From positions 196,609,741 to 196,673,740 of the forward strand of contig CM041465.1 in NCBI GenBank assembly GCA_023213395.1: DNA of 64,000 nt. Reading direction: 5' to 3'. The notes beneath the pieces were generated by a model. The model did no database searches and was not told the DNA's origin. It saw nothing but the letters and a program-made list of their open reading frames with translations. The position numbers and the translations under genes are program-made. Positions within the stretch are counted from its first letter, which is position 1. Each line of letters opens with the position of its first letter. The DNA is from Cycas panzhihuaensis. Its lineage: Eukaryota; Plantae; Cycadophyta. Of this stretch, positions 24,544-39,000 are shown piece after piece.

Positions 24544-25345
24544 GAGATTGTATATTATGTATTTTAATAGAAAAGCTTCATACTTCTAGGGAGTTTTCAT
24601 CACATGTAGATATATGATTATACTCCTCCCTACAAGAATTTTGACTTTCTAAGGCATATTGTTTAGATGATGTACCATATGACTTTGTATAGATATAGAT
24701 AGGGGCTAATTGGTACCCCATTTTGATACATAATGATGATATTATAATGAATTTGTGATGCTATTGCTTTATTATGTAGTTTTTTTATTTATATGATGCA
24801 TAGAGAGATGAGCATATGCATATGGATGTGGGTGCAGGTGCACAAAGGGTCATGCATGTAGATAGTTTTAGTTAGCTACTATATATGATTTTTGTTGTAT
24901 CATGTGCTAATAATACCCATACTTCCTTTTAAGCAATACCACACTCATACTAGGCACACACGATCACCATATGTATCAATGATAGATACATATGAGGCTA
25001 GGAGGGGGGCACTATGTATGTTCCTCAAAAGGAGGATAATAGATATGCAAAGGAAGCAATGACTAGGGAGTATGGATACCCAAGCAAAAGGCCCTAGGTT
25101 GGGAAGAGACTCCATGCTCGAAAGTGAAGGAGGTTTACTTACCCAACTAGGAAAAGAAAGAAGATCTCCCTCAGGATGAAGGCAAGAGATGTAATATCAA
25201 TGATGGAGTCTAAAGAATGAAGAGCCACCCTAAACAATCATCATGTTTGTGGCTAGGGAAAGGAATGATATGCTTAAAGTGGTATTTTAAGCTCATTTTG
25301 AAGTGAGAGAGGGGGCATAACCATCCTACTTGGGAGTATAAGGGA

Positions 25346-28300
25346 TCACATGTAGAACTTTAGAAATTTACCATTTGTAGCTTTTTTGAACTCAAGGCCC
25401 TCCAAAGTCGCTATCCTATAAGTGCCATTATTGAAGCTCTTGAGAATGATGAAAGGGCCAACCCATTTAGGCCCAAACTTGGACAAATGATCATGGAGAT
25501 ACTCAAGCTTGAGGACATGGTCCCCAAGATTTAGAGTGTGAGGATAAAGACATTTGTCGTGTGTTCTTTATTCCCTATCCTTGGAGGCAAAGTTCACTTA
25601 GTAAGCCATTAAGCATTTCTCATCCAAGGCTTTGAGGTCGAGGATGCTGGCCTAGTGACACGATTCCTCATCAATAAGACCTCAAAGAGAAATACGTAAA
25701 GAGGGGATTTCGACTTCCAAGGGAAGGATTGGTTTGGTCCCATACACAAGGGAGAACAGGGTCATCCATATAGCTATGTGAATAGAAGTAAGATATGCCC
25801 ATAAAGCATAAGGAAGCTAGAGGTGCCAATCCCTTTGGTATTGAGCAACCATTTTCTTTAAGATGTTAATAAGGGTTTTATTAAAAGATTTGATTTAGCC
25901 ATTAGCCTTAGGGTAATAAGGAGAAGAGGTTTTGTGGGATATCCTAAACTTCCCACAAAGCTCATCCATCTCTGTATTACAAAAACGAGTACCATTATCT
26001 ATGATTAGGATGTCTGGGACCCTGAATCGATAGATAATGTGTTGGTAAATAAAAGTGGCTATAGTCTTATCGGTAATGGATGATAAAAGGACTGCTTTGA
26101 CCTAGTTGGTAAAATACTCTATCACAATTAAGATGAATTTATATTATAACAAGGAAGACGGGCTTATGGCTCTAATTCCAATTGGGAAAAAGACCATGGA
26201 GAAATGATCAGATACAAGGCCTTAAAAGGTGAATGAATGATGTTGGTATACTCTTAGCACCTATGATAACACCACAAATAGGCGTAGGCATCCTTGAAGA
26301 GGGATAGCCAATAATAACCCATGTAGAGGACCCTCTAGGCTATGGATTGGCCTCGAAAGTGGCCCCCACAAATGCCACTATGGCACTCGTGAAGTACTTG
26401 GTTTGCCTCATTGGGGTTGATGCATTGAAGGAGGACCCCATCGAAAGATCTCTTATACAAAACCTCCTCCATGAGGAAATGCTACCTAGTAGTGACCCTA
26501 ACTCGTGACCTCACCTTGTCACTAGCATCAGGATGATACTATTGTTTAGCAAGGTATTATATAATATCCTCATACCAATCGTTGTTAGCCAATGGATGGG
26601 GTGATGAGTCTTGAATGAAAAAGATGGACTCATTAAGTAAGGAGTTGTCAACTATAATGTTAGAAGAATTAAGAATAGAAGCATCAGCTAGTTGTTTAGT
26701 GACTATCATTCCCTTCTTCGACTTCCTGTTAACGATTTGAAGCTTATACTCTTAAAGGAGGATGACCTATTTACCAGTCTTACTAGTCAAGTTAGATCGA
26801 GTTAAGAGATACCTCAAGGGATCAGATTAAATGATCACCTAAGTGGTATTACCAAGTAGGTAGTGCTTGAATTTCTTGGTTGTGTGGACCAAGGCAAGGC
26901 ACTCCTTTTTGGTGAGAGAGTAGTTAAGCTCATCAAAGACTAATGTGCGACTGATAAAGTAAATGGCTTACTTGATTCCTGAATCATCTTCTTGGGTGAG
27001 TATAGCCCCCAAGTATTCATTAGTGGCTGAGGTATAAAGGATGAAGGGACAGTCGAAAAGATGGGGTGATAAGATCAGGGCAAAAGCCAAGGCTCTTTTG
27101 AGCTCCTTAAAAGTTTCCTGGGCCTTAAGAGACCAAATGAATAAGGCTCCCTTCTTCAATAGGTTAGTAAGGGGTTTAGCATTTATGGAAAAGTTTACTA
27201 GGAAATGCTTAAGGAAGCCCAACCTACCCAAAAATGACTTGATTTGGTATTGTGTTTTAGGAAGAGGCATGTCAAGGATGGCCTTGACCTTATCAGGGTC
27301 AATCTAGATTCCTTGTTTGGAAATAAGGAAACCTAAGAGTTTATTGACAGTTATGGAAAATATACATTTAAGTAAGTCTAAGCTGACATGGTATTTATGG
27401 CACCATGTGAATATGGCATGTAAATCCTTAGGGTGATGGGCCCTCTTATGAGAGAGACCCATCATATCATCCATGAAGACCTCGAGGGTTTTGTTTATAA
27501 GGTCATGAAAAATAAATTGCATTGCCTTTTAGTAAGTAGCACCTATATTTTTAAGTCCAAAAGGCATTTCTTTGTAAGTAAAGATACCCCAAGGAGTAGT
27601 GAAGGCCATTTTGTGACAGTCTTCAGGGGATATCTGGATCTGGTCATAACTAGAGAAGCTATCTATTAAGGACATGACTTCAAATATGGTGGTGCAATTA
27701 ATAATTTGATTAATAAAAGGTAAATAAAAATTATCTTTAGGGCATGCATTATTGATATCTCAAAAGTCAACACATATCCAAATCATCCCATTCTTTTTAG
27801 CAACATGAATGATGTTGGAGGCCCATTTAGGGTAGTCAATAAAAGTGATCAACCCTGCATTTAAGAGTTTTTTAACTTCCATCTTAATGGCGGTAGATAG
27901 TTTAGGATGAAAGGGGTGCTACTTTTATTGCATGGTCCAAGCACCTGGGATGGTTATAAGATTATGGATAATAATAGACGGATCTATTCCCTTCATGTTA
28001 GTGTAATTCCACATAAAAACATCATGAAAATCCTAAAAAGTAAGGGTGTATTCCTCCATCTCTTCAAGCAAACATTCTACTTCTACCTTTATGACCTTAC
28101 CAGGGGTGAGGACGATGTCCTTGGTTGCCCTCATGCACATAGCATTCTCTTCTTTGAAGTGAAGGGGGGCTTCATCAACAAGAAGGGATAAAGAGGAACC
28201 AGGCTGCTTGGGTTAGCTAGGGATGACCCAAGAGCTAGGATCTTCTAGTAACCAAGCTTATGGTGACCAGGGGGAAGACTAGGCGTAGAGCTCACTAAGT

Positions 28301-31300
28301 GCTCTAACAATGCCTCATCATTCTCGAAACAATCTACCCCATGGATAGTTTTTCTTAGGGAAGATGGGGAAGAAGAAGTGTAGGTAATGGTGAGTCCATA
28401 GTGATCAACCTACCATTGAACGTAGTCGAGAGACTCTTTAGAAGAGTTGGAAGGCATCCTCATGTGGCATGAAACAAAAGGCACCCCACCTTCATCGTTC
28501 AAGGGAAATGATAAGGTGGATGATAAAGTGGTGTGAGAGGTCACTTGAGAGATGGGAATGACCATGTGTGGCTCAGCAGGAGAACTGGGCTCCATAGTAA
28601 AGGCGGTCCCAAGTTAGGCCCCAAGATGAAATAAGTGCTCTCAATGGGTGTTTAGGAGGGATATGGGATGAGGGAGGTCCTCAAAATAGCAAGGTACCCA
28701 TAGCTCCCTACATCAATAGGAGTAAAATAGATGAGGTTAGAGGAGGAAGGGGCCTTCCTCCAAGCAAGATTTGTTAAGGATATTGATTGTGCAGGTGGAG
28801 GCATAAATGGATGGGCCCTTATTACCCTTCACTGGGTTACAGACCACCTGACGAGACTAGTTTGATTATTTAGTAGGAGGAGGCTCCTAGGAAACAACTT
28901 TCATTTGTCCTTCATGGATGAATTTAAGCTACCCCTAGCAGGACAACCACACAGATCTCATTTGGTTAAGCCATAGACATCCTAACAATAAGTTATAGTC
29001 CACATCTATGTCAAGGACCATTATATCAATGAGGATGCTTTTATCCTCGAGAGTAAGGGGAATAGAGATAGAACCTAATGGAAACTTCTCACTACCATCG
29101 TAGCCCTAGTAATGCCATGGAACTAGCTCAAGAATTATTATGCCTAACTCTTGCATGATGCATAGTGGTATAGCATTAAAAAAAGAATTGTTATCTATAA
29201 CAGTCCTTCTGAAAGTACACTCATGAGTGTTAATGGATATGGTGAAAGGGTAGTGCAATTGGCATTCCCTTTCACTAGTTTGGGGGAGGTCTTTAAGGTC
29301 AAAAGTGATGATGGGCCCCTGTTTTAGGGTACCACTCAAAGTGTGGATGGGAGTATCCACTAACCCTAAAGCCTCCAAAAGGAGAGCATGTTGCTCTGGG
29401 AAACTCCTCAAGATATCCATCATGGACATCCCAGTAGCCACAGTATGAAGCTCATCTATTATTGATAAGGGCTTCCCTTTCCCAATTAGATGGGGAAGTG
29501 TCCTTTAAAAATCATAGTGACCTGGGTGGACAGAAATGGTCTTGGGAAGTGGGGGAATCTCGGAAGGTGGGTTATCCGTGGGAGGATCTAGCTAAGAAGA
29601 GGAAGAGGCCTCCTTAGCTACTTGAGACCTAGTCAAAGCATATGGAGGGGTTGTCTCAAGCATTTAAATAACTCTCTTTCCATTGTTTTGGGATTGAGAA
29701 GGTGAAGGGGTTCAATGGCGAGAACTAGAAGAAGAGGAAGAACTTCTTTCCCTCTTTCCTTTTTCTTATGTGGAGGCAGGGTTAGGAGATATCCTCCTAT
29801 TATGGTTCCTTCTATGTTGGGTATGTTGGTCCCATTCCCCATGTTTGGGGAAGGGATCTTTATGGACAAGCTAGTCCATATTGACCTTGGATGCCCGCCT
29901 AGGGGAGGAATTATGAGGTGGGGCAAGTTTAGGATATTACACCCTACATTACGAATCCTCATGGAAATAGTCACAATGGATGGAGCAACACTTCTTTTCT
30001 AAGGAAGGTTTGATCTTCCTTATTTGAGAGGAGTGGATGTTTCCATCCTTAGGAGGTGCTACTTGGGAGGCCTAGTGGATAGGTCTATGAGAGTTTGGTG
30101 GTGAAGGAAGAGCTTTGAGCTTAAGCTCCTTCATTGTACATTTGAAAGAATGTATGGAAAAAGTTAAGGGATCTAAAGCCTTCTTCGTTGAGTGGGTAGA
30201 AGACTTTTGAGGTTGTTAAGGTTTTACGTCACATGACATAGGGGGTGCCTCTCATCATTATGATAGTTTAAGAGGTTTCTTGAGACTCACTTGGATCTCA
30301 ATAGCCTCAAGGAGCATGCATTTGGCTATGGCAGAATCACATGTTGTTGCCCCCATTTTAAGGACCTCAACATGTACCTCAAGACGGAGGGCATTCATGA
30401 AGACGTCCCTCTTCAACTCTTCAAGTAAGGTGGCCTTCATAGAGTGGAGAAGGTCATGAAAGCACCTAACAATGTCGCAGTTCATTTCCTCATGACCTTG
30501 TTTAAGAGAAAGCAAAACCTTCATCCCACTCTTGAAAGGATGAGTAACATCAAAATAGTTGATGAACTCATCCACGAGTGGCTAGAATAAATGAATGGAA
30601 TGGGCAAGGAGGCAATAAAACTATTTAAGGACATCACCCTACAAGGAATGTAGAAAATATTTTATTAAGATGTGGTTATAAGCCCAGTAATCAATACATG
30701 CCATAGAGAAACTCCTGACACGTTCAGTTGGGTCTTGTGATAAGGTCCCATCGAACTTGGGTATGTTAGGGGGATGAGGTGGTAAGTTGGTCCTTAACGC
30801 CTCAATGGATAAAGGAGCTAACCTATAATCAATAAAGGGATATACCCTTGGTTGAGTCAATGCGTCAGTGAAGGATGAAGGAGGAGGTAGGCATAGAAAC
30901 CCAAATCCTCCTTGAGAGGTTTAACCAAAGGAGGGATATGAATTTCCTCCCACTTGATGGAAAGGGACCAATCCCAAGTGAGAAGGAGTTGGAAGAGAGA
31001 TGAATGGTAAGAAAGACCCATTTCCCCTTAAGGATATACCTCTTGTTGAAAGGGGACTTGGGGAAAGGGGCCTTGGGGAGGAGTCAATCCTCCTTGCAAA
31101 GGCATTGTATGCAAGGTGATGCACGAAGATAAAATGAATGGGTGTGGAATAAGGTTTTGCCCATATGGACAACCTATAGGAGGTGTGACACCATATGGGT
31201 GGAGGGAGTCTACCCTATAAATGGGAAGGGAATTTCTCTTTTTATGCCCCCATGGTTGGGAAGTATATCCTGGGGGTAGGTCAATTGGAGGATCCCTAGG

Positions 31301-32053
31301 TTGAGGTTAAGAATGCACAAGGATGTACCCCACATGGCTAGAAGAAGGAAGGCACGAAGATCCCCTAGGTTAGGTAAGAGATGGATGGACCACAATCAGT
31401 TGAGTCATGGTCACTAAACTAGGAGGAGGTATACTCAACCTAACTTGGGAGGTAAGCATACCTTAGGAGGTCCCTAAGGTGTGAGGGTTACACAAGGCAG
31501 AAGAAACAATAGGGGGTGGCCCTATTACAGACATCAAAGTGGAGTGAGAAGAGTAAGTGGGTATAGATAAGGAAGAAGAGGGCGTTACACTATGCAAGAT
31601 GCTTTCAAATCACTTTGGGGGTGGTTGGAAGCTTATGGCTTAGATGCATTGGTATAATGCTTCAACCATGTCCGTGGGAGGGGTTCCTACTTGTTCATAT
31701 GAGGTAGAGAGTTCCTCACATGAGGTAGACCCTGCAGGTCAATCTTCATGGGGATTCTCACCAAGATGGTGGTATCCCATAGAAGATGATGCCCCCATAT
31801 CATACCTGGGGAGGTGATGGAGGCTCGGGTGCTCTTGATCACCTGGATAAAATATGGGATCATTACCCTCTTAGGTAAGACTTTAGAAGGAAGTTGAAGG
31901 TTATTGTCGGGCTTCATAAATATAGGCGTGATAAGCCCATTTTGAAGAGAATCCTTCCATGGCTGATTCAAAATTAGACAAGGGAAGGGAAGAATAAGGC
32001 GACTCTTCCAAAGAAGGAGGGAGACCTCGTAGATGACAAGAGAATTATCACAT
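25346..32053 (-). pseudogene. D gag-pol, disrupted
   Basis: Pro-rich Gag N-terminus from ATG 32053; Gag core 30258-30860; protease RRTVIDNNSFFNAIP and DYNLLLG (~28900-29250); RT with VFMDDMM (27300-27900); RNase H PFILYTSAT (26750-27270); integrase zinc finger HECHSGICGGHF (~26360-26395), core SSPYYP.ANG (~25900-25925) and GPKWVGPFII (~25450-25475); stop TGA at 25346-25348. Confidence 0.93.
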
Positions 32054-32196
32054 TCAAGTTCCTCCTAGAACTTTCGAAGAGAGAAAGACAAGTAGATTAG
32101 AGATGTTAGGGGTTGCCCAAGAAATTAGGGAAGAGATGCCAAAAGAGAAAGGCAGCATTAACATAAAGGAGATCAAAATGACTCCTTTACTAGTAG

Positions 32197-32215
32197 GTCC
32201 TCAGTATGGTTACTA
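32197..32215 (-). promoter_or_regulatory. Decayed PBS of D (tRNA-Arg type)
   Basis: TAGTAACCATACTGAGGAC, compared with TGGCAACCATACTGGGGAC in F; resembles the TGGCGACTCCACTGGGGA tRNA-Arg PBS of Ogre/Tat elements. Confidence 0.75.
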
Positions 32216-32782
32216 GTGGGAGCATGTCTCTAGGTCCTCACTATGTTAGGGGCCTAAAAGTCCTTAAAGGTAGGGGATAGGTCACCCACAAAGGGCATCC
32301 ATGCATCAGAATGTAGGTTTGGAGACCCGCAAATAGTGCACAAGACTTTCCCTCTTGGCACGCACCTTCTTGGATTGGAGTTAAGCAAGGGTATTCCTAG
32401 TTTACCGAGTAGCCTATGGAAGGACTCTCCTATCTTGATGGGATAAAGAAGGAGAGAAAAGATCAAGCCCCTCTTCTAGGGAAGAAGGGAAAGAGAAGGG
32501 ATAGGCCCTAATAGGATAGGGGCCTATGGAACAAGTAAGAGGATTCATCAGTTAAAGGGTGCGAAGGGGATTTAGTATGTGGAAACCAAATCTGAGAAAC
32601 AAGATTAATGGCATATTTCACTAAAGATTGCCTAAAGGGGGTGCCTCTAGGTTTTAGGCTAAAAAGGGGTAAGTTCATTAACTACCCTAAGAGTTTTAGG
32701 TAGTGTTTTAGTCTTGTTTAAAGAGTAAGATGGTGTGGAAATACAAGATATCAATCTCAAAAGAGTATAGCTCAACAAAAAT

Positions 32783-32784
<2 letters not shown>

Positions 32785-32850
<66 letters not shown>
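32785..32850. repeat. (TC)33 microsatellite in the 5' LTR of D
   Basis: Read directly; the matching site in the 3' LTR (17729-17746) has only (CT)9. Confidence 0.95.
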
Positions 32851-32855
<5 letters not shown>

Positions 32856-35285
32856 TTTTCATTAATGAAAGTTTAAGTTAAAGGAAGAGGGGGTGAAAGG
32901 GAGAGAAATCATATGAATGACCAATGGAACCTTTCCTAATGATGCATGGAAGAAGGATAACTATCAAAGCCAAATTTCACCTTCTTAATCCTACCCTTAT
33001 AACCGTGCATATGAATGGAATGCAAAAAGGGGGGTGTAACAAGGAAAAAAAATACATTCTATGGGTTCAACACTTTTTCCTTTAAGGGAAGGAATAAGAA
33101 GAGTACTTGTTCAAGCTACCCTTTTCTATGCTTATGTAGGTGGAAAGGAGGGACCACGTCTATGCATACTAATGCAAAAACAAGAGTGCAAATATGAAGA
33201 TGCTCCTTTTTCCTTTTCCTTTGATGAATATAAGTAAACAAGTAAATGATTACTAGCTACATGCAAACGTAATCAATTTCCTTTTGGGAGGAAGGGGGGA
33301 GAAGCAAAGAATAAGGAAGGAGAAGAAAGGTTGGTAGGGGTGCACCTACAAACGAGTTAGTCGATGGAGTGCCTCTCCTTTCCCTTCTTTGTCTTCCTTC
33401 CACCAGTCACCTTACTCTCTAAGTTGTGGTTGACATTGTAGATGAAACCATAGGTGGGGCTTCCTTACCTTCCCCAAAATATATTCTAAAAAAAGTAAAT
33501 AACTTAAAGGAAAGCTTCAAAGAAAAATAAATGTAAATGAGGCCAACGTACCTTTTGATTCGCAACATGATTTTGCTTGCTTAAGTTTGGTGGCATTCTC
33601 ATGTGAATAAACCCTTTCAACAAAAAATAATAGCATGCATGTGCATGTATATATAGATGTGCGTGTGTATGCTTCACTAGAATGAAGTTCAAAATTGCTT
33701 AATATTTTGGATGAAAGAAATAATATGTGTTACAACTTTCCTTATATGCCAAAATGTTTCCAAGAAAAACATTTAAGGGGAACAAAAGGGGGGTTTGAAG
33801 GTAAGAGAAAGGAGAGTCTTGACATGGCTAGCTCCCCCAATTAAGCTACCTATTGTGTGCTAGGGTACTCTAATAACAGGTTAAGGAACAATTGAAATCT
33901 CTAAGTAAATAAAAGAGGCAACTTACAGGAAGTACAAGAAGTTGCAAAAGCTATAAAAAAAATGTAAATGCTACAAAAGTCACAATGTTGCAACTTTTGC
34001 AAGATATGCAAGAAAAGTATAGATCTCATAAAATAACAAAGCATATAAGGAAATTTTCTACCAAATAGCATGTATGAAGGCTAATTGCAAGTGTTGTAAG
34101 GGTTGTAAATTCTATAATCAGTAGAGGCCCTCACCCAAGGAGTTTCTTGGTATGTAGGATGGATACAGAGTAGGAAACCAAGAGAGGTAGGGGGCTTCCC
34201 TAGAGGATATAGTTATAGGAGTTAGAACTCCATCTGTGAACTCCTCTTCTCCCTCTCAAGAGAGTCCCATAATCCACCTAGTTGAGCCTAAAGAATACCC
34301 AAGGGATATGGAGGTACAACCAAAGGAGAAAGGAAGAGTTTGCCTTCCTTTAGACACCCAAAAGAGATAAAAATATATGTAGAGCTTGTAACAAATAGAG
34401 TTATTAACCAATTACACATACCAAAAGAAAGGAACATTAAGAAATAAACTTATTAATAGCCACATAATTGAAGTAAAATAGATGTTTACCTCATATGCAA
34501 GTGAAAAGGGATGAGGATCCTGCTTACTAGGTGAAGAAGAGGTTCCTTTTGGAGGCAAGAAGGAAACTCAAAACCTTGAAAATCTTATTACTATTACTGG
34601 AGTGAGAACCATGGAGGAAAGATCTACTAAAGGAGGTCTAGTTTAGACTTGCATTTAGGGTTTTACCCTTGGAGAAGAAAAGAATAGGAAGAGAGATCAA
34701 AAGTATAGGTAAGAGGCATTTTTTCCTTTCGTATGAGAGCCAAGAGAGGTAAAATGAACTCAGATTTAGGTTTTTATGCCCAAATTAGGATTCTCAAGCA
34801 ATTATGATTTTCTCTAAGTAGGAAATAGTGGTCTTCCACGTGCCAATCTTGTATTAAATGTAAAACTGGTTGTTACTAGGGTATATAAGTTAATAGATAG
34901 TTGCCCCATGACAAGCTTTGTGGTGCCACAAAGTATAGCGTGGTACCGCAAATATTACAATGGTGCGAACAAAATACATAGAAAAATAAAAAATAAACCA
35001 AGAAGACCCCTAAAAGAAGAGTCCTAGGGTGTAAAAGAGAGATCTGCTAGAGTAGTAAGGCCTTTAGGGTACCTCTAGGCATTGGTGGGGCCTCCCAAAT
35101 ATACAAAGTGGTGCATAAGAGGCCCCAACGAGGGGGCTAAACTATATACAAATGTGATCAAGCTAAAATGATGTGTTAGGAGTCACGTACAAGGTTAAAC
35201 ATGAGAAAACATGGGCTACAAGGGCCAATGAATACCTAAGAGTTCTAAGGAGGTGTCATGAGGGGTTGCATGGTGCCATAGGACT

Positions 35286-35944
35286 TGTTGATAAGACAAG
35301 GGTCCAATAACCTAAAACTGCCACCAAGATCTAAACTATTTTGTAACTAGTTACAAGAATCGAAACTAAAATTTAACATGTAAGTTCTTAAACTAGAGAT
35401 AATATAATAAAATGAATAAGAAAGCCAAGCATCACATATACACCCAATATAACATGGTAAAACCCTAGTAGTGTGATAGGGAAACATCCACACAGGAAAG
35501 GTATCAATCTTTATTATTAATAAATAGATAAATATATACAATATGTAATAGAATGCTCATAGCAACAATAGTCAGCTGCCTAATTCTTCACAATACATCC
35601 AATACATCAAACACCATCAACATAATGAAAAAACACCATAAATCGGGCTATATGAGATAGTCATACAAGGTACAAATCTCAACCATAGAATCTAGGGTAT
35701 TTTTAGTGAACGACCCTGATTCTCTTTATAATTTAGTATTCTTTTTAGTGCTAGCTTTTTGGGTCGGGGGCTATCATCCCCAAACCCCCTCTTTGTAGGG
35801 GGCATTCCAATAACTCCCACACCTTCCTGGCCAAGGGGGGCTTCCGCCCCCTTTGGAACCCCCCAAGGAAGTTTGGGAGGGAAACTACGCTACCAACCTA
35901 TCAAAATTTTAGCCTCTAAAACATCGTTGTTACATTATCTAATA
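35286..35944 (-). repeat. 3' LTR of copia E
   Basis: About 21 mismatches against 39839-40509 in the first 225 bp (hand count). Confidence 0.95.
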
Positions 35945-36002
35945 ATCTTCACCTTGACAATAATTTACCTGATACCTTTCTTGGACCATTCATCACCTCT
36001 TC

Positions 36003-39000
36003 TACAAGCCAAGAGAAGTCAAATACCATTTGAACTTCTCTAATAGTACTAGTTTTGTGAACATATCAACACATTTCTATTTTATGTTAACCTTCTCAAG
36101 TGCCACTCCACCTACTTCCATAAATTATCTAACAAAATGGTACTTAAGAGCAATATGCTTTGTTCTACTATGATAAGTTGGATTCTTTACTAAGTAAATG
36201 GCACTTTGACTATTATAAAATACCTTTACATTTTTCTGTTTCCTTCTAAGCTTAACCAATAGACCTTGAAACTAAATTGCTTCTTTACAAGCATACGTTG
36301 TAGCAATATATTCAGCTTATGTAGTCAATAATGCAATTGTACTATGTAATTTTGACTTCTAACTAAACTATTTGTAAGAAGTAGATCTTCTCTTATCTAA
36401 ATCTCCTGTAAAGTTTGAATCAATATATCCATAAACTTGATTATCTGCACCTCCAAAGGTGATGCAATAGTCACTTATGCCTCTCAAATACCAAAGCATC
36501 TATTTCACTACTGCCCAATGTTCCTTTCCTGGATTTGCCATAAACCTACTAACTACACCAACTGCATGTGAAATGTCAAGTGTTGTACATATCATGGCAT
36601 ACATCAAACTTCCTACTACACTAGCATAAGGCACATGAGACATATAATCCTTTTCTTCTTTATTACTAGGACTCATACTCGAAGAAAGCTTGAAATAAGA
36701 AACCAACAGGATACTCATTGGTTTCACATTTGCCATACCAAACCTAGTTAGCACCTTCTCCACATATTTCTATTATGATAACCATAGCTTACCATTTTTC
36801 CTATCTCTATGTATCTCTATACCTAAGATTTTTTTTGCAGCTCCTAGATCCATCACATTAAAAGTCTTAGCTAATTGAGCCTTTAACTTATTAATTTCTA
36901 TCATGTTCTTGCTTGTAACAAGTATGTCATCACCATATAATACCAAGATAATGAATAAGCCATTGTCTAAGAATTTAAAATAAACACAATGATCATACTC
37001 ACTTATTTTGAAATTATGGCTCTCTATGAAGGCATCAAACTTCTTGTACCATTGCCTAGGTGATTGCTTTAGGCCATACAATGATTTCCTGAGCCTGCAA
37101 ACAAGTCTTTTTCTTCCATCCTATACAAACCCTTCTAATTGATCCATATAGATCTCCTCATTTAAATCTCCATATAGAAAAATTATTTTTACGCCTAACT
37201 ACTCCAACTCCAAATCAAGAGAAGCTACTAATGCTAACAGAACTTGAATTGAAATAAGTTTGACAACTGGTGAAAACATCTCATGAAAATTAATACCTAC
37301 TGTCTGTATAAAGCCTTTAGCCACCAGTCTGGCCCTATATAGCCCTCTTCCACTTCTTACTATGGATATTATCTATTGCTTCCTGATAACATGTAGGCTC
37401 ACCATCATTAGAAATCAAAGTAATAGAAATAGAAAGGTTGTACCTATCAGGTTTATGACTAACTCGTATAGATCTTCTAATGGTTAGTGGAGGAGTGTCC
37501 ACATACTCTTGTAAATTTGTTATAGATTCATCTTCAAAAAGATCTTCCTGCTCTTCTATTTCTAAAGATGGCTAGGTTTCAAACTTGACCTATTACTATT
37601 CAACTTTCTACTCCTATTTGACTTCAACTTCTACACTATCAGATTTTAGAAAGGGAGATTCATCAAATACAACATCTCTGTTAATAGTGATTTTATAGGC
37701 AATAGGATCCCACAACCTATATCTCTTTATACCATCTCTATCACCATAACCAATAAAGATACATCTCTTAGATTTTGGATCTAACTTTCAATGTTGACTT
37801 TTATCAGTCAAGGCATAAGCATCACAACCAAAAACTTTCAAATTTGAATAGTCATATAGATGTCCAATCTATACCTCTTCAAGAATCTTGAAATCTATTG
37901 TAAGTGATGGTGACTTGTTTACCAAATAGCAAGTTGTTTGAATAGCTTCTTCCCATAAGCCCTGCTGCACCTCTACATTACTTAGAATGCTTCTTGCTCT
38001 TTCTAAGAGCATTATATTCATGTGCTTAGCTATGCCATTTTGCTATAGAGTGTAGCTAGTGGTCTTCTTCCTTTTGATCCCAGCTTCTCTATAATAGTTC
38101 TCAAACTCCAAGGAGTTGAACTCACCTCCATTATTAGTTCTTAAACATTTGATTGACTTGCCATTGCTCTTCTCAACTAGAGCCTTGAACTACTTAAACA
38201 CACTGAAAACATCATATTTCCTTTTCAAAAAATAGATCCATACCTTTCTGGAGTAATCATCTATAAATATGACAAAGTATAATGATCCTCCATAAGATAT
38301 TGTAGGGGTTAGTCCCCATACATTTGAATGTATGTAATCCAGAATACCTTTACAAGTGTGACTCCCTACTTTAAACTTGAGTCTACATTGCTTTCCAAAA
38401 ATACAATATTTTCAAAAAGCCAAATCTAAAAGTGGTAAGTTAGGAAGTAACTTACAGTTCATTAGCGCATTTAGTCCTCTCTTACTCATGTGCCTAAGTC
38501 TCTGATACCATATCTGAGCTAGATCTTCTGCAGTCTTTAATGTTGTAGTTGCATGGCTAACATCTATACTTCTCACTAAAATGTAAAGGTTTCCTTTCTT
38601 TAAGGCTTTCATAATAACCAAAGAACCCTTTGACACCTTTAAGACTCCTTCATGACATGTGTACTTATAACCACCAGAATCTAGTTCACCTAAGGAAATC
38701 AGATTCCTTTTTAGATGAGGTACATGTATAACTTCAATTAATGTTCTCACTACACCATCGAACATTTTAATTATGATGCTACTAATACCCATTATCTTAC
38801 AAGAAACTTCATTTTCCATAAGCACATCACCACCATCAAGAGGCTGGTATGATGAGAACCAACTCTTATATAGACACATGTGCTGTGAAGCACCCGAATC
38901 TAATAACCAATTATGGTGATAATGGGAAACATTACAAGCAACTAAGAAATCATCATATGCACTTTGATTTAACTCCACCTGATTAGCCTCCTTGGCAAGA

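Noticed and set aside
27041-30002. Plus-strand ORFs at 27041, 27433, 27907 and 29715
   Set aside because: They are antisense shadows of D pol and gag, with no independent motifs.
32659-32862. ORF with an ERERER repeat
   Set aside because: It is the translation of the (TC)33 microsatellite in an LTR.
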